From: Candidatus Omnitrophota bacterium
Lineage (GTDB): Bacteria; Omnitrophota; Gorgyraeia; Zapsychrales; JANLHA01
NCBI GenBank assembly: GCA_038222225.1
Contig: JBBRHV010000005.1
Location: 1,824 to 65,823 of the forward strand
Reading direction: 5' to 3'
DNA length: 64,000 bases
The number at the start of each line of letters is the position of its first letter. The stretch's first letter is position 1. This document shows positions 41,234-51,385 of this stretch, one piece after another. Below the pieces are notes generated by a model that had not been told where the DNA came from, made no database searches, and was given only the letters and a program-made list of their open reading frames with translations. Both the position numbers and the translations under genes were made by a program.

Positions 41234-41608
41234 ATGCAAGACGGAAAACATGTGATTTTGGTTATTGATGATGAGCAGGATATTTTAAAGGTCGTTCAGG
41301 CGTTTCTTGAAAATCACGGCTATTCTGTTTTAACAGCCAGCTCCGCCGAAGAAGGTGTAAAGATTTATAAAAAGGGGCACCCGGACCTGATCATCGTCGA
41401 TTTAATGATGGAAGAGGTTGATGCCGGGGTGAATTTTGTTAAAGAGGTAAAATTATTGGGAAATACAGCGTCGGTTTATCTTTTGAGCGGCGCAGGTGAT
41501 AGCATGGCGGATAGTATTGATTATGAGGCAATGGGCTTTAGCGGTGTTTTTCAAAAACCCATTGACCGCCAGCGCCTGTTGAGTACGATTCATTCAAAAT
41601 TATCCTAA
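41234..41608 (+). CDS. Stand-alone CheY-like response regulator receiver domain
   Basis: DD acidic pocket, phospho-acceptor Asp in IIVDLMM, and conserved Lys in FQKP. About 124 aa with no output domain. The RBS is aggaga. Confidence 0.75.
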   Translation: MQDGKHVILVIDDEQDILKVVQAFLENHGYSVLTASSAEEGVKIYKKGHPDLIIVDLMMEEVDAGVNFVKEVKLLGNTASVYLLSGAGDSMADSIDYEAMGFSGVFQKPIDRQRLLSTIHSKLS

Positions 41609-41687
41609 GACTACGTCTGAGTATGAGAATGCCTTCCTTTGAAGCGCCATCCAATCGGACGCGCTGTTCTTCAATGGACATAATGCT

Positions 41688-43994
41688 ATGAAGGATCCTT
41701 TTGCCAATACAACGCGGTTGCGTATCCTGATCCGGGGGGCAGTTCAGGGCGTCGGATTCCGCCCGACGGTTTTTCGTTTGGCGAAAGAGCGCGGTCTTTT
41801 CGGTTGGGTGCGTAATACAACGCACGGTGTGATCATTGAAGCCGAAGGACCGGAAACAAAGTGCCGAGAATTTTTATCATCCCTTCATATCGAAAAACCT
41901 GTTCATGCATTCTTTCAAAGCCTCGAGGTGTCTTATCTGGATCCCGCAGGATATCAAGATTTCCAAATTCTGGAGAGTGAACCAGGGGAGCCGACAGCTC
42001 TGATTTTGCCTGACCTGGCGATGTGTCTGCAGTGCCGGGCCGATATTTCCGATCCCAAGAATAGTCGTTACCGTTATCCGTTCACTAATTGTACGCAATG
42101 CGGCCCGCGATACAGTATTATGGAAGCGCTTCCCTATGACCGCATCCACACAACAATGAAAAATTTTCAGATGTGTCCGCAGTGTGAAAACGAATATCAC
42201 GATCCGCATAACCGGCGCTTTCATGCCCAGCCTAACGCCTGTCCTGCTTGCGGACCTCAGGTTGAGCTTTGGGATTCGAAAGGAACTGTTCTTGAACGGA
42301 ACGATGCGGCGATAATGATGGCCGAGCATGAAATTTTGAAGGGGAAGATCGTTGCGCTAAAGGGGCTGGGAGGTTTCCAGCTAGCCGTCGATGCGCGCAA
42401 TGCAGAAGCGGTCAAGCGGCTGCGACAGCGCAAACACCGTTCGGCAAAGCCCTTTGCGGTGATGTTCCCGGATTTAAAATCTGTTGAGCGGGAGTGTCAT
42501 GTTTCTGATGAAGAGAAACGTCTTTTGACTTCGGGAGCCGCTCCGATTGTTTTATTGGAAAAACGCGCTGCCTGCGTTTGTAAAGAGGCGGCCCCAGGCA
42601 ATCCTTATCTCGGCGTGATGCTCCCCTATACGCCGCTGCATCATCTTGTGATGTCTGATCTGCAAATCCCGGTTGTTATGACCAGCGGAAATGTTTCGGA
42701 GGATCCGATGTGCATCGATGAACAGCAGGCGTTGGAGGACTTAAAAAATATTGCCGAGGCGTTTCTTGTTCACAACCGTCCGATCGCGCGCGCGGTGGAT
42801 GATTCCGTCGCTCGCATTGTTTTAAATCGGGAATTGATTTTGCGCCGGGCGCGAGGGTATGCCCCATTGCCGATCCTGATTCGGTCTGATGGAAATGACT
42901 TTGACGCGGTTGCGGTCGGCGCGCATTTAAAAAATGCAGTCGCCGTTAAGAAGGGAAAAAATATTTTTTTGAGTCAGCATATTGGAGATCTTGAGACGGA
43001 ACCTTCTTATGAGGCTTTTGTGCGCACGATCACCGATTTGAAGACCATGTATGCTGTTAAGCCACAAGCGGTTTTCTGTGACCGTCATCCGGATTATTTA
43101 TCGACTCAATATGCCCGCAAACAGCAGGCGGCGCCGATCGAGATTCAGCATCACGTGGCGCATGTTTTTTCCTGCATGGCGGAAAACGATCTTACCGCCC
43201 CCGTGTTGGGCGTGGCCTGGGACGGCACCGGATATGGCTTGGACAACACGGTGTGGGGCGGAGAGTTTTTTGAGATTCAAGAGAAAAGCATAACGCGGAC
43301 GGCGTCGTTGCGGCCTTTTCCGCTTCCCGGCGGGGAAAAAGCGGTTCTTGAGCCGCGCCGTTGCGCGCTCGGTCTGTTATACGAGTCATCACGCGGGCAT
43401 GTGGAGTATTACCAGGATATGGAATTTTTAAAATGTTTTTCTGAAACAGAGCTGAAGAATCTCATTCAAATTCTGCGCAATCAAAAGCAGTCTCCTTTTA
43501 CCTCAAGCGTGGGGCGCCTTTTTGATGCGGTGGCATCGTTTGTGGGCATCCGGCAGGTTTTGGAATTTGAAGGGCAGGCGGCGATGGAGGTTGAGTTTGC
43601 GGCAGAGAGAGCGCATTCTGAAAATTACTATCAATATGAGCTGACGGAGAAGGATCAACGGGACAGTCCGTATTCGGCGCAGCGGCAGGTGGATATTGCG
43701 TTGATCGATGCGGTTTCCTCTGATTTAAAAAATGGTGTGGCAACAGATGAGATCTGCGGCCGTTTTCATAACACATTGGTAGAGGCGCTGGTTTCGGTGG
43801 CAAGGCGCGCAAAGATTTCGAAAGTCGTTTTAAGCGGAGGCTGTTTTCAGAACCGCTACCTTTTGGAACGGGCGGTCCGGCGTTTAAAGGAGGATGGTTT
43901 TCATCCCTATTGGCATCAGCGCATTCCGCCCAACGACGGCGGGATCGCGCTTGGCCAGATCGCGGCGGGCTTGGGACAACGGCAATGGGTGTGA
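41688..43994 (+). CDS. hypF: Carbamoyltransferase HypF
   Basis: Acylphosphatase domain, two CxxC-x18-CxxC zinc fingers, and YrdC- and Kae1-like domains, over 768 aa. Confidence 0.95.
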   Translation: MKDPFANTTRLRILIRGAVQGVGFRPTVFRLAKERGLFGWVRNTTHGVIIEAEGPETKCREFLSSLHIEKPVHAFFQSLEVSYLDPAGYQDFQILESEPGEPTALILPDLAMCLQCRADISDPKNSRYRYPFTNCTQCGPRYSIMEALPYDRIHTTMKNFQMCPQCENEYHDPHNRRFHAQPNACPACGPQVELWDSKGTVLERNDAAIMMAEHEILKGKIVALKGLGGFQLAVDARNAEAVKRLRQRKHRSAKPFAVMFPDLKSVERECHVSDEEKRLLTSGAAPIVLLEKRAACVCKEAAPGNPYLGVMLPYTPLHHLVMSDLQIPVVMTSGNVSEDPMCIDEQQALEDLKNIAEAFLVHNRPIARAVDDSVARIVLNRELILRRARGYAPLPILIRSDGNDFDAVAVGAHLKNAVAVKKGKNIFLSQHIGDLETEPSYEAFVRTITDLKTMYAVKPQAVFCDRHPDYLSTQYARKQQAAPIEIQHHVAHVFSCMAENDLTAPVLGVAWDGTGYGLDNTVWGGEFFEIQEKSITRTASLRPFPLPGGEKAVLEPRRCALGLLYESSRGHVEYYQDMEFLKCFSETELKNLIQILRNQKQSPFTSSVGRLFDAVASFVGIRQVLEFEGQAAMEVEFAAERAHSENYYQYELTEKDQRDSPYSAQRQVDIALIDAVSSDLKNGVATDEICGRFHNTLVEALVSVARRAKISKVVLSGGCFQNRYLLERAVRRLKEDGFHPYWHQRIPPNDGGIALGQIAAGLGQRQWV

Positions 43995-44038
43995 TATAAT
44001 GCCGTTTTACAGGTGGCATTTTAAAAAGAGGGTGTGGA

Positions 44039-44284
44039 ATGTGTTTAGCGGTTCCCGGAAAAATTGTAGAGATCATCAATGACGATCCGCTGGAGCGCTC
44101 CGGAAAGGTCAGCTTCGGCGGCATTACCCGTGAAGTCAATTTGGCCTGTGTTCCTGAGGCCAACCCCGGCGAGTATGTTATTGTCCATGTTGGCATGGCC
44201 TTAAGCGTGGTTGATGAAGCGGAAGCACAGCAGATGTTAGAGTATATTCAGTCGGAAGACGACCTTCGCAAAGAGGGACTATGA
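44039..44284 (+). CDS. hypC: Hydrogenase maturation factor HypC
   Basis: [13 protein letters not shown]-terminus. Confidence 0.85.
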   Translation: MCLAVPGKIVEIINDDPLERSGKVSFGGITREVNLACVPEANPGEYVIVHVGMALSVVDEAEAQQMLEYIQSEDDLRKEGL

Positions 44285-45369
44285 AATATATTGATGAATA
44301 TCGAGATGCGGGGCTTGTGAAGACTCTGGCCGAAAAGGTGAGGCGCGTTGTGACGCGGCCATGGACGATCATGGAAGTTTGCGGCGGGCAGACGCATGCC
44401 ATTATCAAGTTCGGCATTGATCAGATTTTGCCTAAAGAAATCACGCTGGTTCACGGCCCCGGATGCCCGGTGTGCGTGACATCCGTTGAGGCCATTGATC
44501 AGGCGGTGTTTATCGCAGCCCAGCCCAATGTGATTTTTTGTTCGTTCGGTGACATGTTGAGGGTTCCGGGAACAAAAAAAGATTTGTTGACCGTTAAAGC
44601 TGAGGGCGGGGATGTGCGCAGCGTGTATTCTCCGATGGACGCGGTCGCAATCGCTCAAAAAAATCCAGAGCGCCACGTTGTTTTTTTTGCTGTTGGATTT
44701 GAAACAACCGCTCCGGCCAACGCCAGCGCTATTCATTATGCGCAGGTGCATCAGGTGACAAATATGTCGTTTTTAGTTTCGCATGTTTTGGTTCCGCCGG
44801 TGATCGAGGCGGTTGTTTCATCAAAGAACAATCATATTCAGGGATTTCTGGCCGCTGGACATGTCTGCACGGTGATGGGCTATCATCAATACGAGCGTTT
44901 GGCGAGAGATTATCACATTCCGATCGTGGTGACCGGGTTTGAGCCGCTGGATATTCTGCAGGGGGTTCTGGCGTGCGTGACCCAGCTTGAGAAGGGGGAG
45001 ACGCGTGTTGAAAATGAATATGCCCGTGTTGTGCGCGCCGAAGGAAATCTGCTCGCGCAGGAGATCATGAAAAAAGTGTTTCAGCTTTCCGATCAGAAAT
45101 GGCGGGGGTTGGGAGTTATTCCCGATAGCGGTTTAAAATTGGCAGACAGTTATAACGCGTATGACGCACAAGTTGTGTTTGATGTCAGTCATATTCAGGC
45201 GGAGGAAAATCCGGAGTGTCAGGCAGGCCAGATTCTGCAGGGCTTGAAGAAGTCGGTGGAATGTCCGGCTTTTGGAACGCGTTGCACACCCGAGCATCCG
45301 TTGGGCGCGCCGATGGTGTCTTCCGAAGGCGCCTGCGCGGCGTATTATAAATACAGGAAAAGACACTAA
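44281..45369 (+). CDS. hypD: Hydrogenase maturation factor HypD
   Basis: CGGQTHA, GPGCPVC and CPVC Fe-S motifs. Confidence 0.95.
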   Translation: MKYIDEYRDAGLVKTLAEKVRRVVTRPWTIMEVCGGQTHAIIKFGIDQILPKEITLVHGPGCPVCVTSVEAIDQAVFIAAQPNVIFCSFGDMLRVPGTKKDLLTVKAEGGDVRSVYSPMDAVAIAQKNPERHVVFFAVGFETTAPANASAIHYAQVHQVTNMSFLVSHVLVPPVIEAVVSSKNNHIQGFLAAGHVCTVMGYHQYERLARDYHIPIVVTGFEPLDILQGVLACVTQLEKGETRVENEYARVVRAEGNLLAQEIMKKVFQLSDQKWRGLGVIPDSGLKLADSYNAYDAQVVFDVSHIQAEENPECQAGQILQGLKKSVECPAFGTRCTPEHPLGAPMVSSEGACAAYYKYRKRH

Positions 45370-45545
45370 GACACCGGGCAGTTTCTAGTGTTATAGTGTC
45401 TTAGCCCTGCGGAATTCGCAGAATTCCCGGGATTGGTCTCCCACGCAAAATAAAATTTTGAATGGGACATTATCTTGGCAAATCTGTGATTTGCTCAAGG
45501 CTAAGACAAGCTTTCAGTTTGTGTAGGATATCCTGGTGTCTTTTA
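45362..45545. repeat. Copies of the CTAAGACAC/GTGTCTTAG motif family in the hypD-hypE intergenic region
   Basis: agacactaagacacc lies at the hypD 3' end, and the inverted pair ctaagacac(21 nt)gtgtcttag follows. Further copies are ggctaagacaag and ggtgtctttt, the same motif as in the 27.7-27.96 kb array. Confidence 0.45.
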
Positions 45546-45558
45546 TAAGGAAACACAA

Positions 45559-46593
45559 ATGTTTAATTGTCCGATCCCGAAATCTGATCACGAAAAAATT
45601 TTACTTGGCCATGGTAGCGGCGGAGTCTTGATGCATCAGCTGATTGAAAAAGTTTTTAAAAAGACTTTTGAGAATCCGCTGCTTGCTCAAAATCATGACA
45701 GCACAGTTCTGGACTTTTCTGGAGCAAGGCTGGCCGTCACCACGGATTCCTATGTTATTCATCCGTTGTTTTTTCCCGGCGGGGATATTGGTTCCTTGGC
45801 GGTGCACGGGACAGTGAACGATCTGGCCATGTCCGGCGCCAAGCCGCTGTATCTGACGGTGGGATTTATTTTGGAAGAAGGGTTTGCGGTCGAAGATTTG
45901 CGGCGCATTGTTCAGTCCATGCAGAACGCAGCAGAGGAATCCAATATTCAGATCATTGCCGGCGACACCAAGGTCGTGGATCGCGGCAAAGGCGACGGGG
46001 TCTTTATTAACACAACCGGTATCGGAGTTGTTGAGCATGCCTTAAATATTTCTCCGCGCAGCGTTCAGCCTGGGGATGCGATCATTTTAAGTGGGGATAT
46101 CGGTCGGCACGGCATTGCGATCATGGCCCAACGGGAAGGTTTGCAGTTTGAATCCACCATTGAGAGTGATTCGGCATCTTTGTCAGCCATGATTCTTCCG
46201 CTTTTTCAAAAAAAGATTGATGTTCATTGTTTGCGTGATTTAACCCGTGGCGGGCTGGCCACCGCACTTAATGAGATCGCGCAAGATTCAGGTTTTCACA
46301 TCACGATTGAAGAGAACGAAATCCGCGTGGAGGAACAGGTCCGCGGCGCATGTGAGATCTTAGGCCTGGATCCGCTTTATGTCGCTAACGAAGGGCGCTG
46401 CATTGTTTTTGTTCCGGCTGAGCAGGCCGCAGAGACGCTTTCCACTTTAAGGGAGCATCAGCAAGGCCGGCAGGCGGTCGCGATCGGCTGTGTCTCTGAG
46501 ATACAAGACAAGCGGGTGACTTTAAAAAGTTCGCTAGGCACGGTCCGCATTATTGATATGCTTTCCGGCGAACAGCTTCCGCGGATTTGCTGA
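45559..46593 (+). CDS. hypE: Hydrogenase maturation factor HypE
   Basis: AIR-synthase-like fold with the C-terminal PRIC cysteine. Confidence 0.95.
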   Translation: MFNCPIPKSDHEKILLGHGSGGVLMHQLIEKVFKKTFENPLLAQNHDSTVLDFSGARLAVTTDSYVIHPLFFPGGDIGSLAVHGTVNDLAMSGAKPLYLTVGFILEEGFAVEDLRRIVQSMQNAAEESNIQIIAGDTKVVDRGKGDGVFINTTGIGVVEHALNISPRSVQPGDAIILSGDIGRHGIAIMAQREGLQFESTIESDSASLSAMILPLFQKKIDVHCLRDLTRGGLATALNEIAQDSGFHITIEENEIRVEEQVRGACEILGLDPLYVANEGRCIVFVPAEQAAETLSTLREHQQGRQAVAIGCVSEIQDKRVTLKSSLGTVRIIDMLSGEQLPRIC

Positions 46594-46691
46594 TTCAAAG
46601 GGCGCTGGTTTTTTATACTTGACAAATGCAAAGAAAATTGTATACTTTAGCTAGTTAATCAACTTAGTCTGGATTTTGTTGGGGAGGTAGC

Positions 46692-47114
46692 ATGCGTATT
46701 TCTGCCAAATGTGATTATGCCTGCCGGGCTTTGCTGGAGCTTTCTTTGCATTGGCCTAAAAAAGAGCCGTTGCAACTTCAGAATATTTCCGGTAAGCAAA
46801 ATATTCCGGTCAAATATCTGGTTCAGATCTTTATTCAGCTCAAAAGAGACGGGCTTGTCGTAAGCTCCAGAGGAAAAGACGGAGGATATCTTTTAGGAAA
46901 AACGCCGGACGCGATAAGCTTGGGTGACGTTATGCGATGTATGGGAGGAGCGCTTTTATCGAGATCCGATGCTTTAAGGAAAGAACCGTCTGTTTTTAGT
47001 GGGGTATGGGATCAGCTTGAAGGAGCAATGACCACAGTGGTTGATCATGTCACATTTGAAGATATTTGTGCAAAAAGCCAAGAGAAAGATAAAATTTTAA
47101 TTTTTCAGATATAA
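46692..47114 (+). CDS. Rrf2-family transcriptional regulator (IscR/CymR-like)
   Basis: MRISAKCDYACRALLELS... wHTH with the Rrf2 signature, preceded by a TTGACA-16-TATACT promoter. Confidence 0.8.
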   Translation: MRISAKCDYACRALLELSLHWPKKEPLQLQNISGKQNIPVKYLVQIFIQLKRDGLVVSSRGKDGGYLLGKTPDAISLGDVMRCMGGALLSRSDALRKEPSVFSGVWDQLEGAMTTVVDHVTFEDICAKSQEKDKILIFQI

Positions 47115-47169
47115 AAAAATTTTAACTTTAATATTACTAAAATAGTCAACAAGATAAGGTAGGTGGAAA

Positions 47170-47391
47170 TTGGAAAATAAAATGCGCGCTTTGGCTAAAG
47201 CCATTACTTGGAGATTATTTGGGTTTATCTCAACTATCGTGATTGTTTATATATATAGCAAGAACATAAAAGAAGCATTGATGGTTGGCGTAGGAGTCGA
47301 TGGTGTAAAGGTGGTTTTGTATTATGTTCATGAGCGTATTTGGAATCGAGTCAATTTTGGAAGAAAAATTATACCAGAATTCAATATTTAA
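47170..47391 (+). CDS. Small predicted membrane protein (possibly DUF2061-like)
   Basis: 73-aa ORF with two hydrophobic helices, located between the Rrf2 regulator and cysH. Confidence 0.35.
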   Translation: MENKMRALAKAITWRLFGFISTIVIVYIYSKNIKEALMVGVGVDGVKVVLYYVHERIWNRVNFGRKIIPEFNI

Positions 47392-47417
47392 GAAATTTAA
47401 AATAGGATTTTAGAGTT

Positions 47418-48149
47418 ATGAAAAAGGAAAACTTTTTAGAAATTAACAGAGATTTTTCACAGCTGAGCCCAGAAGAAGTTCTTTCATGGGCGTTATCGAA
47501 ATTTGACAAGGAGCGTTTGGCGTTTTCCTCAAGCATGGGGGCGGAAGATCAGGTAATCACGCACATGCTTAAGACCATGGGTTTGAGCATATCAATTTTT
47601 ACAATTGATACAGGGCGCTTATATCCAGAAACGTATGATCTTATTAAGAGAACAGAACAAAAATATGGTTTTCGTTACGATATTTTAGAACCAGAACAAA
47701 CAAAAGTTAATGGCATGGTTTCTGAACATGGGGAAAATTTATTTTATGAAAGTTTAGAATTAAGAAAAATGTGCTGTCATGTAAGAAAACTGGAGCCTCT
47801 TCGCAAAAAAATGTTTACGCTTGATGCCTGGATTTGCGGATTAAGGAAAGAACAATCCGTCACAAGGGCTGAGATTGGAAAAATTGAATGGGACGAAACA
47901 TTTGGAGTTGTTAAAATCAATCCGCTTACGGATTGGACAGAAGATCAGGTTTGGTCTTATATTCGAAAGAACAATATCCCGTATCACGCACTTCATGACA
48001 GCGGATATCCCAGTATCGGATGTGCGCCGTGTACCCGGGCCATTCAGCCTGGTGAAGATGTCAGGGCAGGACGCTGGTGGTGGGAAAATCCCCAGAACCG
48101 TGAATGCGGTTTGCATAGGGGGCCTAAGAAAAAAGGAAATTTGCAATGA
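47418..48149 (+). CDS. cysH: Adenylylsulfate (APS) reductase, thioredoxin-dependent, [4Fe-4S]-type CysH
   Basis: PAPS-reductase fold with the catalytic ECGLH motif, plus the Cys pair CC (KMCCHV) and CxxC (GCAPCT) that are diagnostic of APS-specific Fe-S enzymes. Confidence 0.85.
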   Translation: MKKENFLEINRDFSQLSPEEVLSWALSKFDKERLAFSSSMGAEDQVITHMLKTMGLSISIFTIDTGRLYPETYDLIKRTEQKYGFRYDILEPEQTKVNGMVSEHGENLFYESLELRKMCCHVRKLEPLRKKMFTLDAWICGLRKEQSVTRAEIGKIEWDETFGVVKINPLTDWTEDQVWSYIRKNNIPYHALHDSGYPSIGCAPCTRAIQPGEDVRAGRWWWENPQNRECGLHRGPKKKGNLQ

Positions 48150-49030
48150 TGGACACATTAGCGCGCCTTGAAGCAAAAAGTGTTTATATTCTCCGTGAGG
48201 CCTATCGCGAGTTTAAACAGCTGGCCATGTTATGGTCAGTTGGGAAAGACAGCACCGTCCTGTTATGGTTGACGCGTAAAGCTTTTTTTGGGCATGTTCC
48301 TATGCCATTGGTCCATATTGATACGCATTTTAAAATTCCAGAAATGATTGCTTACCGGGACCGCTTGGCCGCCGAATGGCATCTGAATTTGATTTACGGA
48401 GAGAACGCCGAGGCCTTGGCGAATAAGGAGACGTTTCCCGACGGCAACGTAGATCGTTTGACCTGCTGCCGGAAATTGAAAAGCGAAGCCCTTAAAAAAA
48501 CAATTTCCGGAGAATGGCCGCGTTATCGTTTTGATCATAGTCTTGGAAAATATGTGCAGGACGCCAATACGGAAGGGTATACTGGCGTTATTGTCGGCGC
48601 ACGCGCAGATGAAGAAGGGAGCCGGTCTAAGGAGCGGTATTTTTCTCCACGCGACCGGCAGAGCGACTGGGATGTGGCGGGTCAGCCGCCGGAACTTTGG
48701 AATCAATTTAAGACTGATTTTGCGCCGGGCACGCATGTTCGGATTCATCCTCTTTTAGATTGGACAGAGCTGAATATTTGGGAATATATTCAGAGAGAAA
48801 ACATCCCGATCATTGATCTTTATTTTGACAAAGGAAAAGGCTTGCGGTATCGTTCTTTAGGCTGTGCCCCTTGCACGGGGACGGTTGTTTCGTCAGCCAA
48901 AAATGTCGCTGAGATTATTGAGGAACTTAAGAACGGAAAATTTGTAAATATTGCTGAACGTAGCGGCCGCGCTCAAGATAAAGAAGACGGCGGTGGATTA
49001 GAAACATTGCGTCGAGAGGGGTATATGTAA
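48146..49030 (+). CDS. cysD: Sulfate adenylyltransferase subunit 2
   Basis: PP-loop SVGKDS and the CysD family architecture. It overlaps the cysH stop by 4 nt. Confidence 0.9.
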   Translation: MMDTLARLEAKSVYILREAYREFKQLAMLWSVGKDSTVLLWLTRKAFFGHVPMPLVHIDTHFKIPEMIAYRDRLAAEWHLNLIYGENAEALANKETFPDGNVDRLTCCRKLKSEALKKTISGEWPRYRFDHSLGKYVQDANTEGYTGVIVGARADEEGSRSKERYFSPRDRQSDWDVAGQPPELWNQFKTDFAPGTHVRIHPLLDWTELNIWEYIQRENIPIIDLYFDKGKGLRYRSLGCAPCTGTVVSSAKNVAEIIEELKNGKFVNIAERSGRAQDKEDGGGLETLRREGYM

Positions 49031-49032
49031 TC

Positions 49033-50865
49033 ATGAAAAACACAACAGCCAGAATATTGGAACCGACTCGTGGCGGGATTGAGAAAGAAGAGCAGATGAC
49101 GATTGTCATCGTGGGGCATGTTGATCACGGAAAAAGCACGGTGATCGGCCGGCTTCTTGCAGATACGCGCTCGTTGCCCGAAGGCAAGCTTGAACAGGTG
49201 AAGCGAACGTGTGAAAGAAACGCAAGGCCGTTTGAATACGCCTTTCTTCTTGACGCCTTAAAGGATGAACAGGCTCAGGGAATCACCATTGATAGTGCCA
49301 GGGTTTTTTTCAAAACGCAGAAGAGGAGATATATTATTTTTGATGCCCCTGGACACATTGAGTTTTTGAAAAACATGGTAACCGGAGCGGCGCATGCTCA
49401 GGCCGCGCTTTTGGTTATTGATGCCCATGAAGGCATTAAGGAAAACTCCCGTCGGCACGGATATCTCTTGTCCATGTTAGGAGTTCGGCAGGTCAGCATT
49501 TTGGTGAACAAGATGGATCTTGTGGGGTGGAGCAAGGAAATTTTTGATGGTGTTGTTAAACAGTATTCAGAATTTCTTTTTTCCATCGGGGTTAAGCAGG
49601 TATCGTTTATTCCCATCAGCGCGTTTCACGGCGACAATCTTACCGAGAATTCATCAAGCGCGGGCTGGTATTCCGGATTGACGGTCCTTCAGCAGCTGGA
49701 TGCCTTTAACGTCCCACGGCCCTTGGAGGATTTGCCATTGCGGTACCCTGTGCAGGATATTTATAAATTTACCGAGGAGGGAGACGAGAGGCGCATCGTT
49801 GCCGGTACGATTGAATCAGGAACGGTTTGCGTGGGAGAGGACATCGTTTTTCTTCCGTCGAATAAAACGGCTGGAATTTTGTCAATCGAAGAGTTTAGCC
49901 GTCCACCTGCTGATAGTGCGCACGCCGGACAAGCGGTGGGGGTTACGCTGGATACGCAGCTTTACATTAAGCCCGGTGAGATCATGGTCAAAAAGACGGA
50001 GAGAAATCCATGCGTTTCAACTCGGTTTAAGGCAAATCTTTTTTGGTTGGGAAAAGCTCCGCTCATTAAGAATAAACGGTATTATCTGAAGTTGTCCACC
50101 GCGCGTGTACCGGCCCAGGTTTCCGAGATCTACACAGTTATTGATGCCGCGGAACTTTCTACCACGGCACAAGACGGGCAGGTGAACACTAATGAGGTTG
50201 CGGAGATCGTTGTAGAGACTGAAAAGCCAATTGCTTTTGATCTTGCCGGAGAGATCGAAGCAACGACACGTTTTGTGATCATTGATAATTATGAAATTTC
50301 CGGTGGAGGCATTATAACTGAGGCGTTGAAATCATCGGCCGAGGTCCTGAAAGAGCATGTTCGTCAGCGTGAATTTATCTGGGTTAGGGGAGAAATCAGG
50401 GCGGCAGAACGGCAAAAAAGCATCGGGCATGGAGCGGCTTTTGTTCTTGTAAGCGGGCCCCAGGACACAGGTAAAATCGCTGCGGCCAAGGCGATTGAAT
50501 CCGTGCTGGTAAAGTCAGGCTATAACGCGTATTATCTTGGCGTTTCTAACCTGCTTTGCGGATTGGATGCCGATCTGCTGTTTAAATATGAAGATAAAGG
50601 AGAACATTTACGGCGTCTGGGAGAATTGGCGCACATTATGACGGATTCCGGTCTTATTTTTATAGCGACAGCATCAGATATCGATGAATATGATCTTGCG
50701 CGTTTACGGACATTAGCCGAACCGGTTAAGACATTAGCGATTCATTTTGGAAAAGAGGGAACAGGAGCTCTTGCTTCAGACGGATTTTTTTTGAACAACC
50801 CTTCCATAGATAAAGTGACGGCTCATGTTGTTGATTTGCTAAGAAAACATGATATTGTACCCTGA
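49033..50865 (+). CDS. cysN: Sulfate adenylyltransferase subunit 1 (GTPase CysN) fused to a degenerate APS-kinase-like C-terminal domain
   Basis: G1 motif GHVDHGKST and EF-Tu-like domains. The C-terminal ~180 aa are APS-kinase-like, but the P-loop is SGPQDTGKI rather than GxSGSGKST, and the DGDNxRxGL motif is degraded to [10 protein letters not shown]. Confidence 0.88.
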   Translation: MKNTTARILEPTRGGIEKEEQMTIVIVGHVDHGKSTVIGRLLADTRSLPEGKLEQVKRTCERNARPFEYAFLLDALKDEQAQGITIDSARVFFKTQKRRYIIFDAPGHIEFLKNMVTGAAHAQAALLVIDAHEGIKENSRRHGYLLSMLGVRQVSILVNKMDLVGWSKEIFDGVVKQYSEFLFSIGVKQVSFIPISAFHGDNLTENSSSAGWYSGLTVLQQLDAFNVPRPLEDLPLRYPVQDIYKFTEEGDERRIVAGTIESGTVCVGEDIVFLPSNKTAGILSIEEFSRPPADSAHAGQAVGVTLDTQLYIKPGEIMVKKTERNPCVSTRFKANLFWLGKAPLIKNKRYYLKLSTARVPAQVSEIYTVIDAAELSTTAQDGQVNTNEVAEIVVETEKPIAFDLAGEIEATTRFVIIDNYEISGGGIITEALKSSAEVLKEHVRQREFIWVRGEIRAAERQKSIGHGAAFVLVSGPQDTGKIAAAKAIESVLVKSGYNAYYLGVSNLLCGLDADLLFKYEDKGEHLRRLGELAHIMTDSGLIFIATASDIDEYDLARLRTLAEPVKTLAIHFGKEGTGALASDGFFLNNPSIDKVTAHVVDLLRKHDIVP

Positions 50866-50887
50866 GGAAAGAGAGGGACTTCGTCAC

Positions 50888-51385
50888 ATGTCTGAAGGCA
50901 ATGCGAAAAAAAAGCGAGTTGATCGTCCGATGCGCTTTCTTCCGGTGGGAATTGATATTAAAGGCAAAAAAATTCTTGTTTTTGGCGGAGGGCGGATTGC
51001 TTTGCAGAAGCTGCGCACGATCCTTCTTTTTAACCCAAAAGTCACGGTTGTGGCGCCGAAAATTTTATCCGAGATAAAGGACATGGGAGTAGATTGGGTG
51101 GAAGAAATTTTTAGCCGGAATCATCTGGCAGAAGCATTTCTTGTTTATGCGTGCACTTCGGACCCGGAAACAAACCGTGTCATCGCGAGTGAGGCCGGCG
51201 AGAGAGGAATTCTCTGTAATGTCGCCGACGATACGGATGCCTGCGCTTTTATTTCTCCCGCGGTTGCTGTGGCTGATGATCTGGTTATTTCGGTTAATTC
51301 TCAGGGAAGAAATCCAAATCTGTCTAGGGTGGTAAGAGATTTTATTAAGGAGAGCGTTGATGAATTTCTGCATGGTCGGGATTGA
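50888..51385 (+). CDS. sirC: Precorrin-2 dehydrogenase / siroheme synthase N-terminal-like protein (SirC/CysG-N)
   Basis: Rossmann motif KKILVFGGGRIALQKL and the CysG N-terminal-domain architecture. Confidence 0.7.
   Translation: MSEGNAKKKRVDRPMRFLPVGIDIKGKKILVFGGGRIALQKLRTILLFNPKVTVVAPKILSEIKDMGVDWVEEIFSRNHLAEAFLVYACTSDPETNRVIASEAGERGILCNVADDTDACAFISPAVAVADDLVISVNSQGRNPNLSRVVRDFIKESVDEFLHGRD

Noticed and set aside
43498-44196. 232-aa minus-strand ORF, with similar long antisense ORFs at 27956-28510, 30873-31616, 55355-55969, 14226-14912 and 52053-52772
   Set aside because: Each lies entirely antisense to a well-supported plus-strand gene (hypF/hypC, ymdB, glnS, sir, thrS, hemA/hemC). They have Pro/Arg-rich low-complexity composition and no recognisable domains, so they are typical shadow ORFs.
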